This document shows, one piece after another, positions 55,601-64,000 of a stretch of DNA of 64,000 nt (position 1 is its first letter; each line of letters opens with the position of its first letter). A program made the translations under genes and the position numbers. The notes under the pieces were generated by a model. The model was not told the DNA's origin. It saw nothing but the letters and a program-made list of their open reading frames with translations, and ran no database searches. The stretch lies in IMG/VR virus record IMGVR_UViG_2917802685_000001, positions 90,159 to 154,158 of that record. The stretch is one strand, 5' to 3'. Origin of the DNA: a virus. Its lineage: Duplodnaviria; Caudoviricetes.

Positions 55601-55750
55601 ATGCCCACTGACCTCGGGGGCGCCGCCATAGGCTCATGGCCTCCGACCCGTGGGCGGGTGGTCGGGACCTCCGTGAGCCCTGGCCCCCGAAGGGGGACCA
55701 GGGTCACCGCCGGGCGTGCGCTCGGTGTGTCGTCTGGCGGGGTGACATAT
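55600..55750 (-). ncRNA. Candidate structured non-coding RNA
   Basis: Three adjacent stems with no ORF-like codon bias; cUUCGg-capped hairpin on the minus strand (55678-55703). Confidence 0.4.
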
Positions 55751-55832
55751 TCTCACCTTGACACATTCAGGCGGTAGTTGGAACCCCACCATCCGTAATT
55801 CTGCCCCCTGGAGAGAATTTCAGCCACAGTCA

Positions 55833-55867
55833 CTGTCTCCTGGGCCGCCTCCATCCATAGGGGGTGA
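55833..55867 (+). promoter_or_regulatory. Late promoter motif
   Basis: CTGTC-N21-AGGGGGTGA. Confidence 0.7.
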
Positions 55868-55917
55868 GGAGGGTTTGTGGTGGGCCCTCTGCGCGGCTCC
55901 GTTCTCCGGCCGCCAGC

Positions 55918-55952
55918 CTCAACCCCCGGGTTCCCCCTTCCCGGGGGTTGAG
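55918..55952 (+). terminator. Hairpin between tandem late promoters
   Basis: CTCAACCCCCGGG / CCCGGGGGTTGAG. Confidence 0.7.
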
Positions 55953-55954
55953 TG

Positions 55955-55989
55955 CTGTCTGGGGTGCTGCTGGGCCGCTCAAGGGGTGA
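55955..55989 (+). promoter_or_regulatory. Late promoter motif
   Basis: CTGTC-N21-AAGGGGTGA. Confidence 0.8.
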
Positions 55990-56020
55990 CGGAGGATCCG
56001 TCCCTGATCGAGGAGGCATC

Positions 56021-56404
56021 ATGCCTGTCCAGCAGCTCCAGGTTTCCAACCCGTCGGGCGGCGTCGTCGTCGTCACCCCGGACCCCGACAAGCCCAAGTC
56101 GTACCTGCGCTTCGAGGGCAAGGGCGACGAGGCGGGCGGTGACGTCCAGTTCGTCTCCCGCGATACCGCACTGCTGGCGCCGTTCGTGCGCGCGGTGCGC
56201 AACGGGACCCTGGTCATCGACGACGACCTCTCCGCCGACTCGGAGCTGCTGCGCGTACTCGGCACCGTCAAGGAGTACCAGCCGGAGGACCAGAAGCCGC
56301 TCACCGCGATCCGTGTGGTCACCGAGTGGAACGAGTCCGACGAGTCCTACAAGGCCGTCGACAAGCCCCTCCGCGTCGTCATCGAACCCCTCTTCAAGGC
56401 GTGA
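56021..56404 (+). CDS. Virion structural/assembly protein
   Basis: GAGGAGG RBS; follows capsid gene. Confidence 0.75.
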   Translation: MPVQQLQVSNPSGGVVVVTPDPDKPKSYLRFEGKGDEAGGDVQFVSRDTALLAPFVRAVRNGTLVIDDDLSADSELLRVLGTVKEYQPEDQKPLTAIRVVTEWNESDESYKAVDKPLRVVIEPLFKA

Positions 56405-56409
56405 GTCAC

Positions 56410-56730
56410 ATGAGCATGAGCGATCACGAGCGGGCGCTGCTGGTCACCGGCACGCTCGACACATCCGGCGTCGGCGGCAGCCCGTACGCAAACCTCGACC
56501 AGGTAGCCGTCGCCTTCGGCGCCGAAGTCTTCGAGGGGGACCACATCCCCCAGGAGACGCCTGTCAAGACAGAGCCCGAGCCGGAGCAGAAGGCGGCCGA
56601 AAACGGCCCCTCCGAGCCGGTGAAGGAGCCCGAGGTCGAGGCCAAGGTCGAGGAGAAGGCCGCCACGACCACCCGCGCCAAGCGTGCCCCGGCCAAGAAG
56701 GCGCAGGCGCCCGCGCCTGCTGACAAGTAA
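56410..56730 (+). CDS. Small virion protein with basic AKRAPAKK tail
   Basis: GTLDTSGVGG motif; codon bias. Confidence 0.7.
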   Translation: MSMSDHERALLVTGTLDTSGVGGSPYANLDQVAVAFGAEVFEGDHIPQETPVKTEPEPEQKAAENGPSEPVKEPEVEAKVEEKAATTTRAKRAPAKKAQAPAPADK

Positions 56731-56744
56731 AGGAGCGGGCTGCG

Positions 56745-57752
56745 ATGGCCGCGACTGATCAGACCAGCACCTACCAGACCGACGGTTCGATCGGTACCAA
56801 GGGTCAGCCGGGCGCTGCTCCCAGCCCGGTCGCGCAGCCCGAAACCAACGGTGCAGGCGTAGTTGACGCTCGCGGCTGGGCGGCGACGTCGACTGCGATC
56901 TCGGGCACCAAGGAGACCACGATCTCCACGGTGATCGACAAGCAGCAGCCGTACAAGGCGCCGTCGGCCCCTCCGGCGGCTGCGAACGCGGACACCACGA
57001 AGACGGACTCGCCGGTCGGCAACGGGCTCACCCAGCCCATCAACCCGCTCTTCTTGATGTCCGGCACCCAGGACACCGCAGCGTTCGGTGCCGTTCCGGC
57101 CGGTACCACGACCGTGCCGGTCGCTCCGGCCGCGCCCACGGCCGTCGCCGCCGACCGGTCCATCTTGGTGTCCTGGACGCCGGTGTCCAACCCGGGTTCG
57201 GATGCCAAGGTGACCCAGTACGTCATCGAGTCGGACACCGGCGGCCACGTCTACGCGCCCGCCAACGTGACCAGCTGGCGGTTCGAGAACGTCAAGGGCG
57301 GCCAGGCGTACAAGTTCCGCGTGGCGGCCTCGAACAGGAACGGTGACGGCGCGTTCAGCCCGTTCTCGGCGTCCGCTGTCGTTCCGAACAACGAGGACGA
57401 GGTCCGTCCGGTGGCGTTGTCGTCCAAGAACGTCGCGAACCCGATCTACAACCAGGACGGGTCGATCAAGCCGGGCTCGTACGGGGCGCCGACCGCGCCT
57501 GGCAAGCCCACCGTGGCGGCCGGTGCGACGACCACCGCCAACGTGACCTGGACGGCGCCGTCGACCGGGCAGCCGTCCGGGGGCTACGACGTCACCGCGT
57601 CCACGGGCCAGAAGGTCCACGTCGGCCCGGCCCTTCTGACGGCCAACGTGCCCGGTCTGACGCTGACGAACGTCATCACGTTCACCGTCACCGCGATCGG
57701 CCAGCTGCAGAACACCACTTCACCCGCGTCGAACGCGTACACCGTGGTCTGA
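56745..57752 (+). CDS. Virion protein with two fibronectin type III domains
   Basis: P.AP..VSWTP...Y...YKFRVAASN..G; second NVTWTAP...Y...FTVTA. Confidence 0.85.
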   Translation: MAATDQTSTYQTDGSIGTKGQPGAAPSPVAQPETNGAGVVDARGWAATSTAISGTKETTISTVIDKQQPYKAPSAPPAAANADTTKTDSPVGNGLTQPINPLFLMSGTQDTAAFGAVPAGTTTVPVAPAAPTAVAADRSILVSWTPVSNPGSDAKVTQYVIESDTGGHVYAPANVTSWRFENVKGGQAYKFRVAASNRNGDGAFSPFSASAVVPNNEDEVRPVALSSKNVANPIYNQDGSIKPGSYGAPTAPGKPTVAAGATTTANVTWTAPSTGQPSGGYDVTASTGQKVHVGPALLTANVPGLTLTNVITFTVTAIGQLQNTTSPASNAYTVV

Positions 57753-57765
57753 GTTCAGCTGGTCC

Positions 57766-57801
57766 AGCGGCCCCGTCCCACGACTCCGGGACGGGGCCGC
57801 T
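57766..57801 (+). terminator. Stem-loop terminator
   Basis: 14-bp stem AGCGGCCCCGTCCC. Confidence 0.8.
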
Positions 57802-57803
57802 TG

Positions 57804-57838
57804 CTGTTCACGCCCGCCTATCGGCCGCCAAGGGGCGA
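57804..57838 (+). promoter_or_regulatory. Late promoter motif
   Basis: CTGTT-N21-AAGGGGCGA. Confidence 0.75.
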
Positions 57839-57862
57839 AGGCGACACGAGGAGAGGGCGGCG

Positions 57863-58522
57863 ATGTCCGGTACGACACCACGGCTGGGGCTGAAGACGTG
57901 GGATCAGTCCGATCCCTTCCTCCGCCAAGACTTCAACGACAACAACGGCAAGCTCGACGCCTACCCGGGCGTCTACATCTGCACGTCCGGCTCCCGGCCC
58001 GCCTGGGGCGGCGCTCAGACCGGCCTGCGCATCTACGAGACCGACACCCGCCGCGAGTTGGTGTGGACGGGCACCGCGTGGCGGGCGCTCCTCGACGCAG
58101 CGCCGGTATGGACCGGGTACGTGCAGCCCAACGCCGCGATGGGCAAGGACACGCACGTCTACTACAAGATGGCCACCTTCACGGTGAACCGGCCTGGTGC
58201 GCTCCTGGTGCACCTGGAGGTCGAGTTCCAGTGCCAGTCCATCTACACGGCGAACGTCGCAGCACGTCCGCAGGTCGACGGCAGTGACTCCCAGATCGGC
58301 AGCACCTCGTCGTACATGCGCGTGCAGCAGACGAACACCTCCGGTGCGGGCTGGTCGAGGCACTACATGATGGGGGCTGACGGCCTGCGCACGGTCGGCG
58401 TCGGCAGCCACAACTTCGGCATCCACTTCTACACGACCCCCACGTCGACCACGTCGACCGTGTCGGTGAGCCTGGCGTCGGTGCGTGGCTGGGCGATGCT
58501 CGTCAACTCGCAGGACACCTGA
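57863..58522 (+). CDS. Short fiber / collar protein
   Basis: TPRLGL.W...DFNDN..KLD and G.RIYETDT...VWTGTAW fiber motifs. Confidence 0.7.
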   Translation: MSGTTPRLGLKTWDQSDPFLRQDFNDNNGKLDAYPGVYICTSGSRPAWGGAQTGLRIYETDTRRELVWTGTAWRALLDAAPVWTGYVQPNAAMGKDTHVYYKMATFTVNRPGALLVHLEVEFQCQSIYTANVAARPQVDGSDSQIGSTSSYMRVQQTNTSGAGWSRHYMMGADGLRTVGVGSHNFGIHFYTTPTSTTSTVSVSLASVRGWAMLVNSQDT

Positions 58523-59397
58523 TGGCGACCGACGAGTACACCGACCGGGCCTACATCTCCCGCTACGCGGCGGGAGACTTCGGCCTGCAGGTCATGCGCG
58601 ACGGCGCGCCCGGCGACGCCGACGCCGACGTCACGGTGGCGCTCCTGCACGACGACGACGCTCAGACGGCGGTGTTCTCCCGCACGGCCGACCACCCGGG
58701 CGTCGGCCAGTACACGGTTCGCCTGTCGTCCAAGGAGACGGCCACTCCAGGCCCGTACGTCCTGGTGTGGACGTACACCGTGGCCGGATCCGAGGAGGAG
58801 TGGCGGTACTGGCTGGAAGTCGGCAAGGCGGCCCCGGAGTACGACCGGCTGGCCGACTCGATGAAGGGGGTGATCGAGCAGACATGGAACCGGTTCAGCG
58901 ACCTGTTCGACTACGCCACCGAAGGCCCGCACCTGCAGACGTACGTCCAGTCCAACTTCGGCCGGAACCGCCTCGCGCAGCTGCTCAGGATCGCCGTCGG
59001 CCGCCTCAATACGGCCGCCCAGCCGTACCAGACGTACACCATCGACGGTGACGGCGGCGCCAGCTTCCCGGTGGACAAGTGGGGCTCCCTGCTGGAGTCC
59101 GCGCTGTACGTGGAGTGCCTGCGGCACCTGATGCGCTCCTACGTCGAGCAGCCCGAGGTCCAGTCCGGCTCCGGCGTCTCGCGGCTGGACCGGCGGGACT
59201 ACATGGACCGCTGGGGCGTGATCCTGCAGGGCGAGCAGGAGGTCCTGAAGTCCCAGCTCGACACCTTCAAGATCGCCCACATGGGGCTCGGCACCGCCCG
59301 GGTCCTCGTCTCCGGCGGCGCGTACGGGCGGTGGGGACCGACCCGGCTGCCGCTGTCCGAGGCCGCAAGGCCCCGGTGGCTCACACGGTTCTACTGA
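58522..59397 (+). CDS. Head-to-tail adaptor/neck protein
   Basis: Position; RSYVEQP...RLDRRDY..RW motif recalled from Bxz1-like neck proteins. Confidence 0.65.
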   Translation: MATDEYTDRAYISRYAAGDFGLQVMRDGAPGDADADVTVALLHDDDAQTAVFSRTADHPGVGQYTVRLSSKETATPGPYVLVWTYTVAGSEEEWRYWLEVGKAAPEYDRLADSMKGVIEQTWNRFSDLFDYATEGPHLQTYVQSNFGRNRLAQLLRIAVGRLNTAAQPYQTYTIDGDGGASFPVDKWGSLLESALYVECLRHLMRSYVEQPEVQSGSGVSRLDRRDYMDRWGVILQGEQEVLKSQLDTFKIAHMGLGTARVLVSGGAYGRWGPTRLPLSEAARPRWLTRFY

Positions 59398-59413
59398 TCG
59401 GCAAGGAGGGGCC

Positions 59414-59590
59414 ATGTCCGGTGGCGCCCACGAAGGTCCTGCACCGTCTGTCGAATTCGACCTGGACGTCATGGGAGTCGACCAGGTGGTGTGCGTCCAT
59501 CGGGCCTGCACCCAGGGCAAGACCGTGACCGACCTCTACCAGGCCGAGAAGTTCCGCATCCTCCACATCTGCCCCTGCTCCACGACTTGA
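59414..59590 (+). CDS. Small Cys/His protein (58 aa, not in ORF track)
   Basis: AAGGAGG RBS; MSGGAHEG...CVHRAC...HICPC. Confidence 0.6.
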   Translation: MSGGAHEGPAPSVEFDLDVMGVDQVVCVHRACTQGKTVTDLYQAEKFRILHICPCSTT

Positions 59591-59600
59591 TCGGAGACCC

Positions 59601-59774
59601 ATGTACAGCGTCACCCTCAAGGCCGGTCTGGTCGACGTCGTGCTGCCCAACGGCAACCGCTACCAGGGCGGCGACGTCGTCATCCTCTCCGCCCAGCACT
59701 ACGGACAGATCCCCACCGCCACTCGCACCGCCGTGTTCTCCGCCCAGAGCGTCGTCCCCGTCCCGGCGAGCTGA
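59601..59774 (+). CDS. Small virion protein (57 aa, not in ORF track)
   Basis: GGAG RBS; MYSVTLKAGLVDVVLPNGNRYQGGDVVILS; TGATG overlap with the next gene. Confidence 0.7.
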   Translation: MYSVTLKAGLVDVVLPNGNRYQGGDVVILSAQHYGQIPTATRTAVFSAQSVVPVPAS

Positions 59775-60439
59775 TGAGCACGACTCGGGGGACGTACGTC
59801 CGCACCCAGCAGAACTGGGCCGTCGAGCAGGAGCGCCAACGGCACGACCAGGCGCTGTGGATGATGGGCGAGAACACCCTGTTCTGCCTGATGTGGACGG
59901 CGCGAGACCACGATGCCGGGCTCGTCGGCCTGTGCACGGTGTGCGCGTCCGACCGGATCTCCAAGGCGTACGGGCAAGCGACGCGGAACAAGTGCCCCTC
60001 CTGCTTCGGCACGCGCTTCGAGGGCGGCTACCGCGCGCTCATCGTGCGCCCGGCGATCTTCACGGACGCCGACGACGGCCAGAGCTTCACCGCCCGGGGC
60101 GTCGTCTCGCCGCAGGAGGTCCACATGGAGACCACCAGCGACTTCCGCGTCCACGGCGGCGACTACGCCATGCGCGCCACCGGCGAGCGCCTGCAACTGC
60201 GTACCCCGCAGCGCACCACGCTGCGCACCGGCTTCGGTACCCCGCACCAGCGGGACGACGGAACGGCATACAACCTGACCCGGGCGGCCGTCGAGGACGA
60301 GGACTCCGTGGCCTACACAATCCCGCCGAACCCCACCGACCTCATCACCATCCTGTCCCGTTCTGGGTCAACTCCGCCCAGTTTCGCCGACATAGAAGTA
60401 ATTCGCGCTCCGCTGATCCCGCTGTACGAGCGAGACTGA
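59774..60439 (+). CDS. Neck / head-closure protein with Zn site
   Basis: CTVC...CPSCFGTRFEGGY; position. Confidence 0.7.
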   Translation: MSTTRGTYVRTQQNWAVEQERQRHDQALWMMGENTLFCLMWTARDHDAGLVGLCTVCASDRISKAYGQATRNKCPSCFGTRFEGGYRALIVRPAIFTDADDGQSFTARGVVSPQEVHMETTSDFRVHGGDYAMRATGERLQLRTPQRTTLRTGFGTPHQRDDGTAYNLTRAAVEDEDSVAYTIPPNPTDLITILSRSGSTPPSFADIEVIRAPLIPLYERD

Positions 60440-60472
60440 CGCCGCCACACCACCACACCAAGGGGTACCGCC

Positions 60473-61252
60473 ATGCCCACAGATGACTACGACCTCACCA
60501 TCCGCTCCGACGTCACCGTCGAGATCGTCAAGCACACTGCGTCCGACCACGACGTCCTCTTCGCCGCCCGTGTCTCCACCGTGGGCGAGCAGGCCGACCG
60601 CGACGCCATGCGCGGCGACTGCACTCATCAGGGCCTGGAGTGTCAGTGGTCGCAGTGCTCCCTCTCCGACAAGGACAAGGGGCTGATCAACTACCTGATG
60701 CGGGATCGTCACGGCTCGCCGTTCGAGCACAACTCGATGACGTTCTTCGTCAGCGCCCCGATCTTCGTGTTCCGCGAGTTCATGCGCCACAGGGTCGGGT
60801 TCAGTTACAACGAGGAGAGCGGAAGGTACCGCGAGCTTCAGCCCGTGTTCTACGTGCCAGGCGAGGACCGCAAGCTCGTCCAGAAGGGCAGGCCCGGGAA
60901 GTACGAGATGGTCGAGGGCACTCCCGAGCAGCACAGACTGGCCGTCGACACCATGGCGCGGGCCTACGTGGAGGCCTACGAGGCGTACCAGCTGCTGCTC
61001 GCCGACGGCGTGGCCCGCGAGGTCGCCCGCTCTGTGCTCCCCGTCGGCCTCTTCTCGTCGATGTACGTCACCTGCAACGCCCGCTCACTGATGCACTTCC
61101 TCGGCCTGCGCACCACCAGCAAGCTCGCCAAGACGCCCTCGTTCCCCCAGCGGGAGATCGAGATGGTGGCCGAGCAGATGGAAGCCAAGTGGGGCGAGCT
61201 GATGCCGCTCACCTATGAGGCATTCAACAAGAACGGCCGCGTCGCGCCGTAG
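60473..61252 (+). CDS. thyX: Flavin-dependent thymidylate synthase
   Basis: HGSPFEH, REFMRHR..SYNEESGRY, NARSLMHFLGLR, QREI. Confidence 0.95.
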   Translation: MPTDDYDLTIRSDVTVEIVKHTASDHDVLFAARVSTVGEQADRDAMRGDCTHQGLECQWSQCSLSDKDKGLINYLMRDRHGSPFEHNSMTFFVSAPIFVFREFMRHRVGFSYNEESGRYRELQPVFYVPGEDRKLVQKGRPGKYEMVEGTPEQHRLAVDTMARAYVEAYEAYQLLLADGVAREVARSVLPVGLFSSMYVTCNARSLMHFLGLRTTSKLAKTPSFPQREIEMVAEQMEAKWGELMPLTYEAFNKNGRVAP

Positions 61253-61352
61253 GATCGCTGCTGGACGAGATGCGCCCGGGGTGGGGACCTTCGGGCGCTT
61301 TCTCGTGTGTGGGGCCCTCCAGCCACCCCAAGGGGTGAGCAGAGGAGGCGCC

Positions 61353-62078
61353 GTGCTGGTCGAGGTCCCGGAGGTCCACCTCGTCACCCATCCCGACCGC
61401 ATGATCATGGTCGAGAAGGGGCTGCCTCCCAAGCGTGCCCGCGCCGCCGCGCTGGAGGCCGTACGGCAGGCCAGGCGCCGGATGCCGAAGCTCACCGGCG
61501 GCGCTGCGCGCGGGCTGCAGCCGCTGTACGGCAAGGGGTACTTCGGCCTCTCCTGGTCCACCGACGTCGTCTGGTACCAGGACCACGGCACCAAGCCGTT
61601 CACCATGCGCTCGCTGGCGGGGAAAGTGATCCCGATGTGGATCGACGATCCCACCGGCCAGGAGCGGCGCGACAACCCGAAGGCCAAGACGCGCACCACC
61701 GAGTCGGGGAAGATCCAGGTGCTGATCTTCCGGCGCGCGGCCCGCATCGGGGAGCGGAAGAAGGTCTACCGCAAGGACCCGAAGACCGGCCTGAAGGTGC
61801 TGGTCTCCGACAGCCCGGCCCACTACCCGGGTGCTCCCGGGCGCATCGGCTGGCGCGAGTCCAAGCAGCCCTGGACCCGGCCCGGGAAGCGCCCGGGTGC
61901 CATCCACCCGGGCAACATCGGCGTCTGGTGGCGCCACCCGGGCCTCAAGCCCAGGAGTTTTTTGAACACGTCCATGACCCTCGCGGCGCAGAAGAACGGC
62001 CTGCTGGCCGAACGGGTCTACGTCGCCGACCGGGGCTGGAGAAACAACGTCCGCCTGCACGGCGAGGAGTTCCGCTGA
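61353..62078 (+). CDS. Neck/tail-completion (virion morphogenesis) protein, basic
   Basis: GAGGAGG + GTG; MPKLTG...YQDHGTKPF...W.HPG..P..FL; preceded by AAGGGGTGA at 61330. Confidence 0.65.
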   Translation: MLVEVPEVHLVTHPDRMIMVEKGLPPKRARAAALEAVRQARRRMPKLTGGAARGLQPLYGKGYFGLSWSTDVVWYQDHGTKPFTMRSLAGKVIPMWIDDPTGQERRDNPKAKTRTTESGKIQVLIFRRAARIGERKKVYRKDPKTGLKVLVSDSPAHYPGAPGRIGWRESKQPWTRPGKRPGAIHPGNIGVWWRHPGLKPRSFLNTSMTLAAQKNGLLAERVYVADRGWRNNVRLHGEEFR

Positions 62079-62710
62079 TGTACGTCACCAGAGTGAAGAC
62101 CCTCGCGATCGAGGCCCTGCACGCGGCCTTCGACGACCAGTACCCCGTGGCGGAGTTCCAGGGGTTGCACTGCTCGCTGGAGTACCCGGTCGACAAGTCC
62201 AGCTTCCCCGAGGTCTGGGTGCGCTACAGCGACACGGGCCCGCTGCGGCAGGCGGGCATATCGCACGTCGAGGACACCGACCCGGTCGACGGCGGCCGTG
62301 TCGCGCCGTACACACGCTTCCGGTTCGAGGGCTCCTGGGAGTTCGTCGTCGTCGCTCTGTCCAGCGTGGAGCGAGACCGGGTCTACGACGAGCTGGTGGC
62401 GACGATTGCCTGGTCGGGATTCGACTCGCTGCGCGGCCGGTTCCGCTCGTACCTGGCGGACAACGACCTGATCGATCTGACAGTCCGGACGGACGAGATC
62501 GAGTCGACCGGCGAGTCGGCCGAGCCAGGCACACCGTGGGGCACTGACGAGGTGGTCTACGAGCGGACGTTGGCCATCGACCTGATCGGTGACTTCACGC
62601 CGGACCCGGAGACCGGCGTCATCGTCCCGCTCTCGAAGATCGTGGTCACGCCGACCGCCGACCTCACCCTCGACGATCTCAGCGACAGCGGCTTCGACTC
62701 CTGGCACTGA
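62078..62710 (+). CDS. Tail terminator / sheath-stabilising protein
   Basis: TGATG overlap; directly before the sheath. Confidence 0.6.
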   Translation: MYVTRVKTLAIEALHAAFDDQYPVAEFQGLHCSLEYPVDKSSFPEVWVRYSDTGPLRQAGISHVEDTDPVDGGRVAPYTRFRFEGSWEFVVVALSSVERDRVYDELVATIAWSGFDSLRGRFRSYLADNDLIDLTVRTDEIESTGESAEPGTPWGTDEVVYERTLAIDLIGDFTPDPETGVIVPLSKIVVTPTADLTLDDLSDSGFDSWH

Positions 62711-62712
62711 TG

Positions 62713-62746
62713 CTGTCCCGGCGTCGGTCAGCAGCCCAAGGGGTGA
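62713..62746 (+). promoter_or_regulatory. Late promoter motif
   Basis: CTGTC-N20-AAGGGGTGA. Confidence 0.8.
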
Positions 62747-62774
62747 CAGCTGACCGACGCGACTGGTGGGTGGC

Positions 62775-64000
62775 ATGCCCGACATCTCCTCTGCGACGTA
62801 CACGCCACCCGGCGTCTACGTCAGCGACGAATCGACTCCCACGGTCACCCCGCGCGGCGTGTCAACCACGACCGTCACGGTGATCGGCCCGGCCCTGGGC
62901 TACCAGACGACCAGTGAGGTCGTCACCGTCTTCTCCGCCTCGGCGACCGCACTGGCACAGCGCGGCGTGTACACCACGGCGGTTGTGGGGCCGCCCGCCA
63001 TCGCGGCGCCCGTGGTCACGACCCTGTCGGGCACGGCCATGGTCTACAACACCGACTACACCTTCGTGGTGACCGCCGGTTCAGGCGGTGCCGCCACGGC
63101 GATCACTTCGATCAAGCGCCTGTCGTCGAGCCAGAGCGACCTGACCCAGCCGTCCCCGAACGGCCTGAAGGACGGCGACCAGGTCCGGGTGACGTACGCG
63201 TTCACCAACGCGACGTACTACGAGCCGACCGAGTTCGAGGACTACGACCAGGTCGTGGCCACGTACGGCCAGGCCATGGTGTCGACGTCCCCGACCAGTC
63301 CGACGGCCTCGCAGGTCGCCTCGGCGCTGACTCTGGCGGCGAAGATCGCCCTGGAGAACGGCGCGGCCAGCGTGCTGTGCGTGGCCACCAACCCGTCGGC
63401 CGGGGACTTCCGTGCGCAGCTGCAGGCGGCGTACAGCAAGCTGGAGGCGGACTACCGGGCGCAGATCCTGGTGCCGTTGTTCGTGGACGGCACGTACAAC
63501 GCGCACACGCCGACGAACGTGGCGAACATGCTGGCCGACGTCAAGAACCACTGTGAGACGGCGGCCGACGACGGCTACGGCCGCATGGCGTTCACCGGCC
63601 TGGCCACGACGTACGACAACACGACCGGCCACGACCAGCTGGCGCTGGCGCAGGACAGCAAGCGGCTGGTGCTGTGCTACCCGAACCGGCTGCTGGCCTT
63701 CAACTCGGCCGTGAACGCCTCCACGGAGGTCGACGGTTTCTACCTGGCCGCTGCGATGGCCGGACGGCTGGCGCGGAACGCGGTCGCGCGAGGGCTGACG
63801 AACCAGTCGCTGACGTCGTTCACCGGCCTGCCCGCAACGATCGCGCAGGCCATGACCCGGACCTTCAAGAACAACCTCTCGAAGTCTGGCGTGAACGTCG
63901 CGGAGATCAACCAGAACAACCAGCTGGTCGCCCGGCACGGCGTGTCCACGAACATGTCCTCGATCCTGACGCAGGAGATCTCGCTGACCCGCATCGGCGA
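62775..64000 (+). CDS. Contractile tail sheath protein, 3'-truncated by window edge
   Basis: MPDISSATYTPPGVYV..E start; YLAAAMAG...LT...F...GV...RHGVST..QEIS. Confidence 0.85.
   Translation, partial: MPDISSATYTPPGVYVSDESTPTVTPRGVSTTTVTVIGPALGYQTTSEVVTVFSASATALAQRGVYTTAVVGPPAIAAPVVTTLSGTAMVYNTDYTFVVTAGSGGAATAITSIKRLSSSQSDLTQPSPNGLKDGDQVRVTYAFTNATYYEPTEFEDYDQVVATYGQAMVSTSPTSPTASQVASALTLAAKIALENGAASVLCVATNPSAGDFRAQLQAAYSKLEADYRAQILVPLFVDGTYNAHTPTNVANMLADVKNHCETAADDGYGRMAFTGLATTYDNTTGHDQLALAQDSKRLVLCYPNRLLAFNSAVNASTEVDGFYLAAAMAGRLARNAVARGLTNQSLTSFTGLPATIAQAMTRTFKNNLSKSGVNVAEINQNNQLVARHGVSTNMSSILTQEISLTRIG

Larger units (their letters stand above)
1..64000 (+). mobile_element. Segment of a large actinobacteriophage / prophage / phage-plasmid (Bxz1-like myovirus virion module)
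   Basis: Portal, prohead protease, scaffold, major capsid, neck and tail sheath genes in order; lysins and holin; dense co-oriented small genes; no host housekeeping operons. Confidence 0.95.

Noticed and set aside
55600-55952. tRNA/tmRNA genes (expected in some Bxz1-like phages)
   Set aside because: No cloverleaf, T-loop GTTCRA or CCA end recognisable; kept only as an unknown structured RNA candidate
1-64000. Evidence for integrated prophage versus free phage or phage-plasmid
   Set aside because: No att site, integrase, partition operon or host flank is within the window, so lifestyle cannot be determined

Overview
This 64 kb window is part of a large, very GC-rich actinobacteriophage or phage-like element. 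The codon style and ThyX suggest a Streptomyces-type host. The virion module is a contractile-tailed myovirus type, and from recall its capsid and head genes resemble Bxz1/cluster-C-like phages. Almost all real genes are on the + strand. Bases 1-28.3 kb hold an early/accessory array of about 50 mostly unknown genes. These are punctuated by ten copies of a promoter (-10 TAGAGT) whose spacer carries a GCA(A/T)C-N4-G(A/T)TGC palindrome. Bases 28.3-64 kb hold dCTP deaminase, a coiled-coil/RNase-like gene, internal head proteins, thermonuclease, portal, a double beta-helix spike, two CHAP lysins, holin, a giant multidomain prohead protease, scaffold, decoration protein, major capsid, FN3 protein, neck proteins, ThyX and the start of the tail sheath. 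Many late units are preceded by a second motif, CTGTY-N20-22-AAGGGGTGA. A reverse-strand three-gene regulator moron interrupts the head module. The best candidate for a new system is a set of head polyproteins apparently cut at x-x-Ala sites. They carry enzymatic cargo (ADP-ribosyltransferase-like, ParB/Srx-like, DNA-glycosylase-like, SWIM), share short linear motifs, and carry QxxLF clamp-binding-like motifs. No integrase, terminase, tRNA or CRISPR array is visible. All family assignments are from motif recognition by eye; no searches were run.
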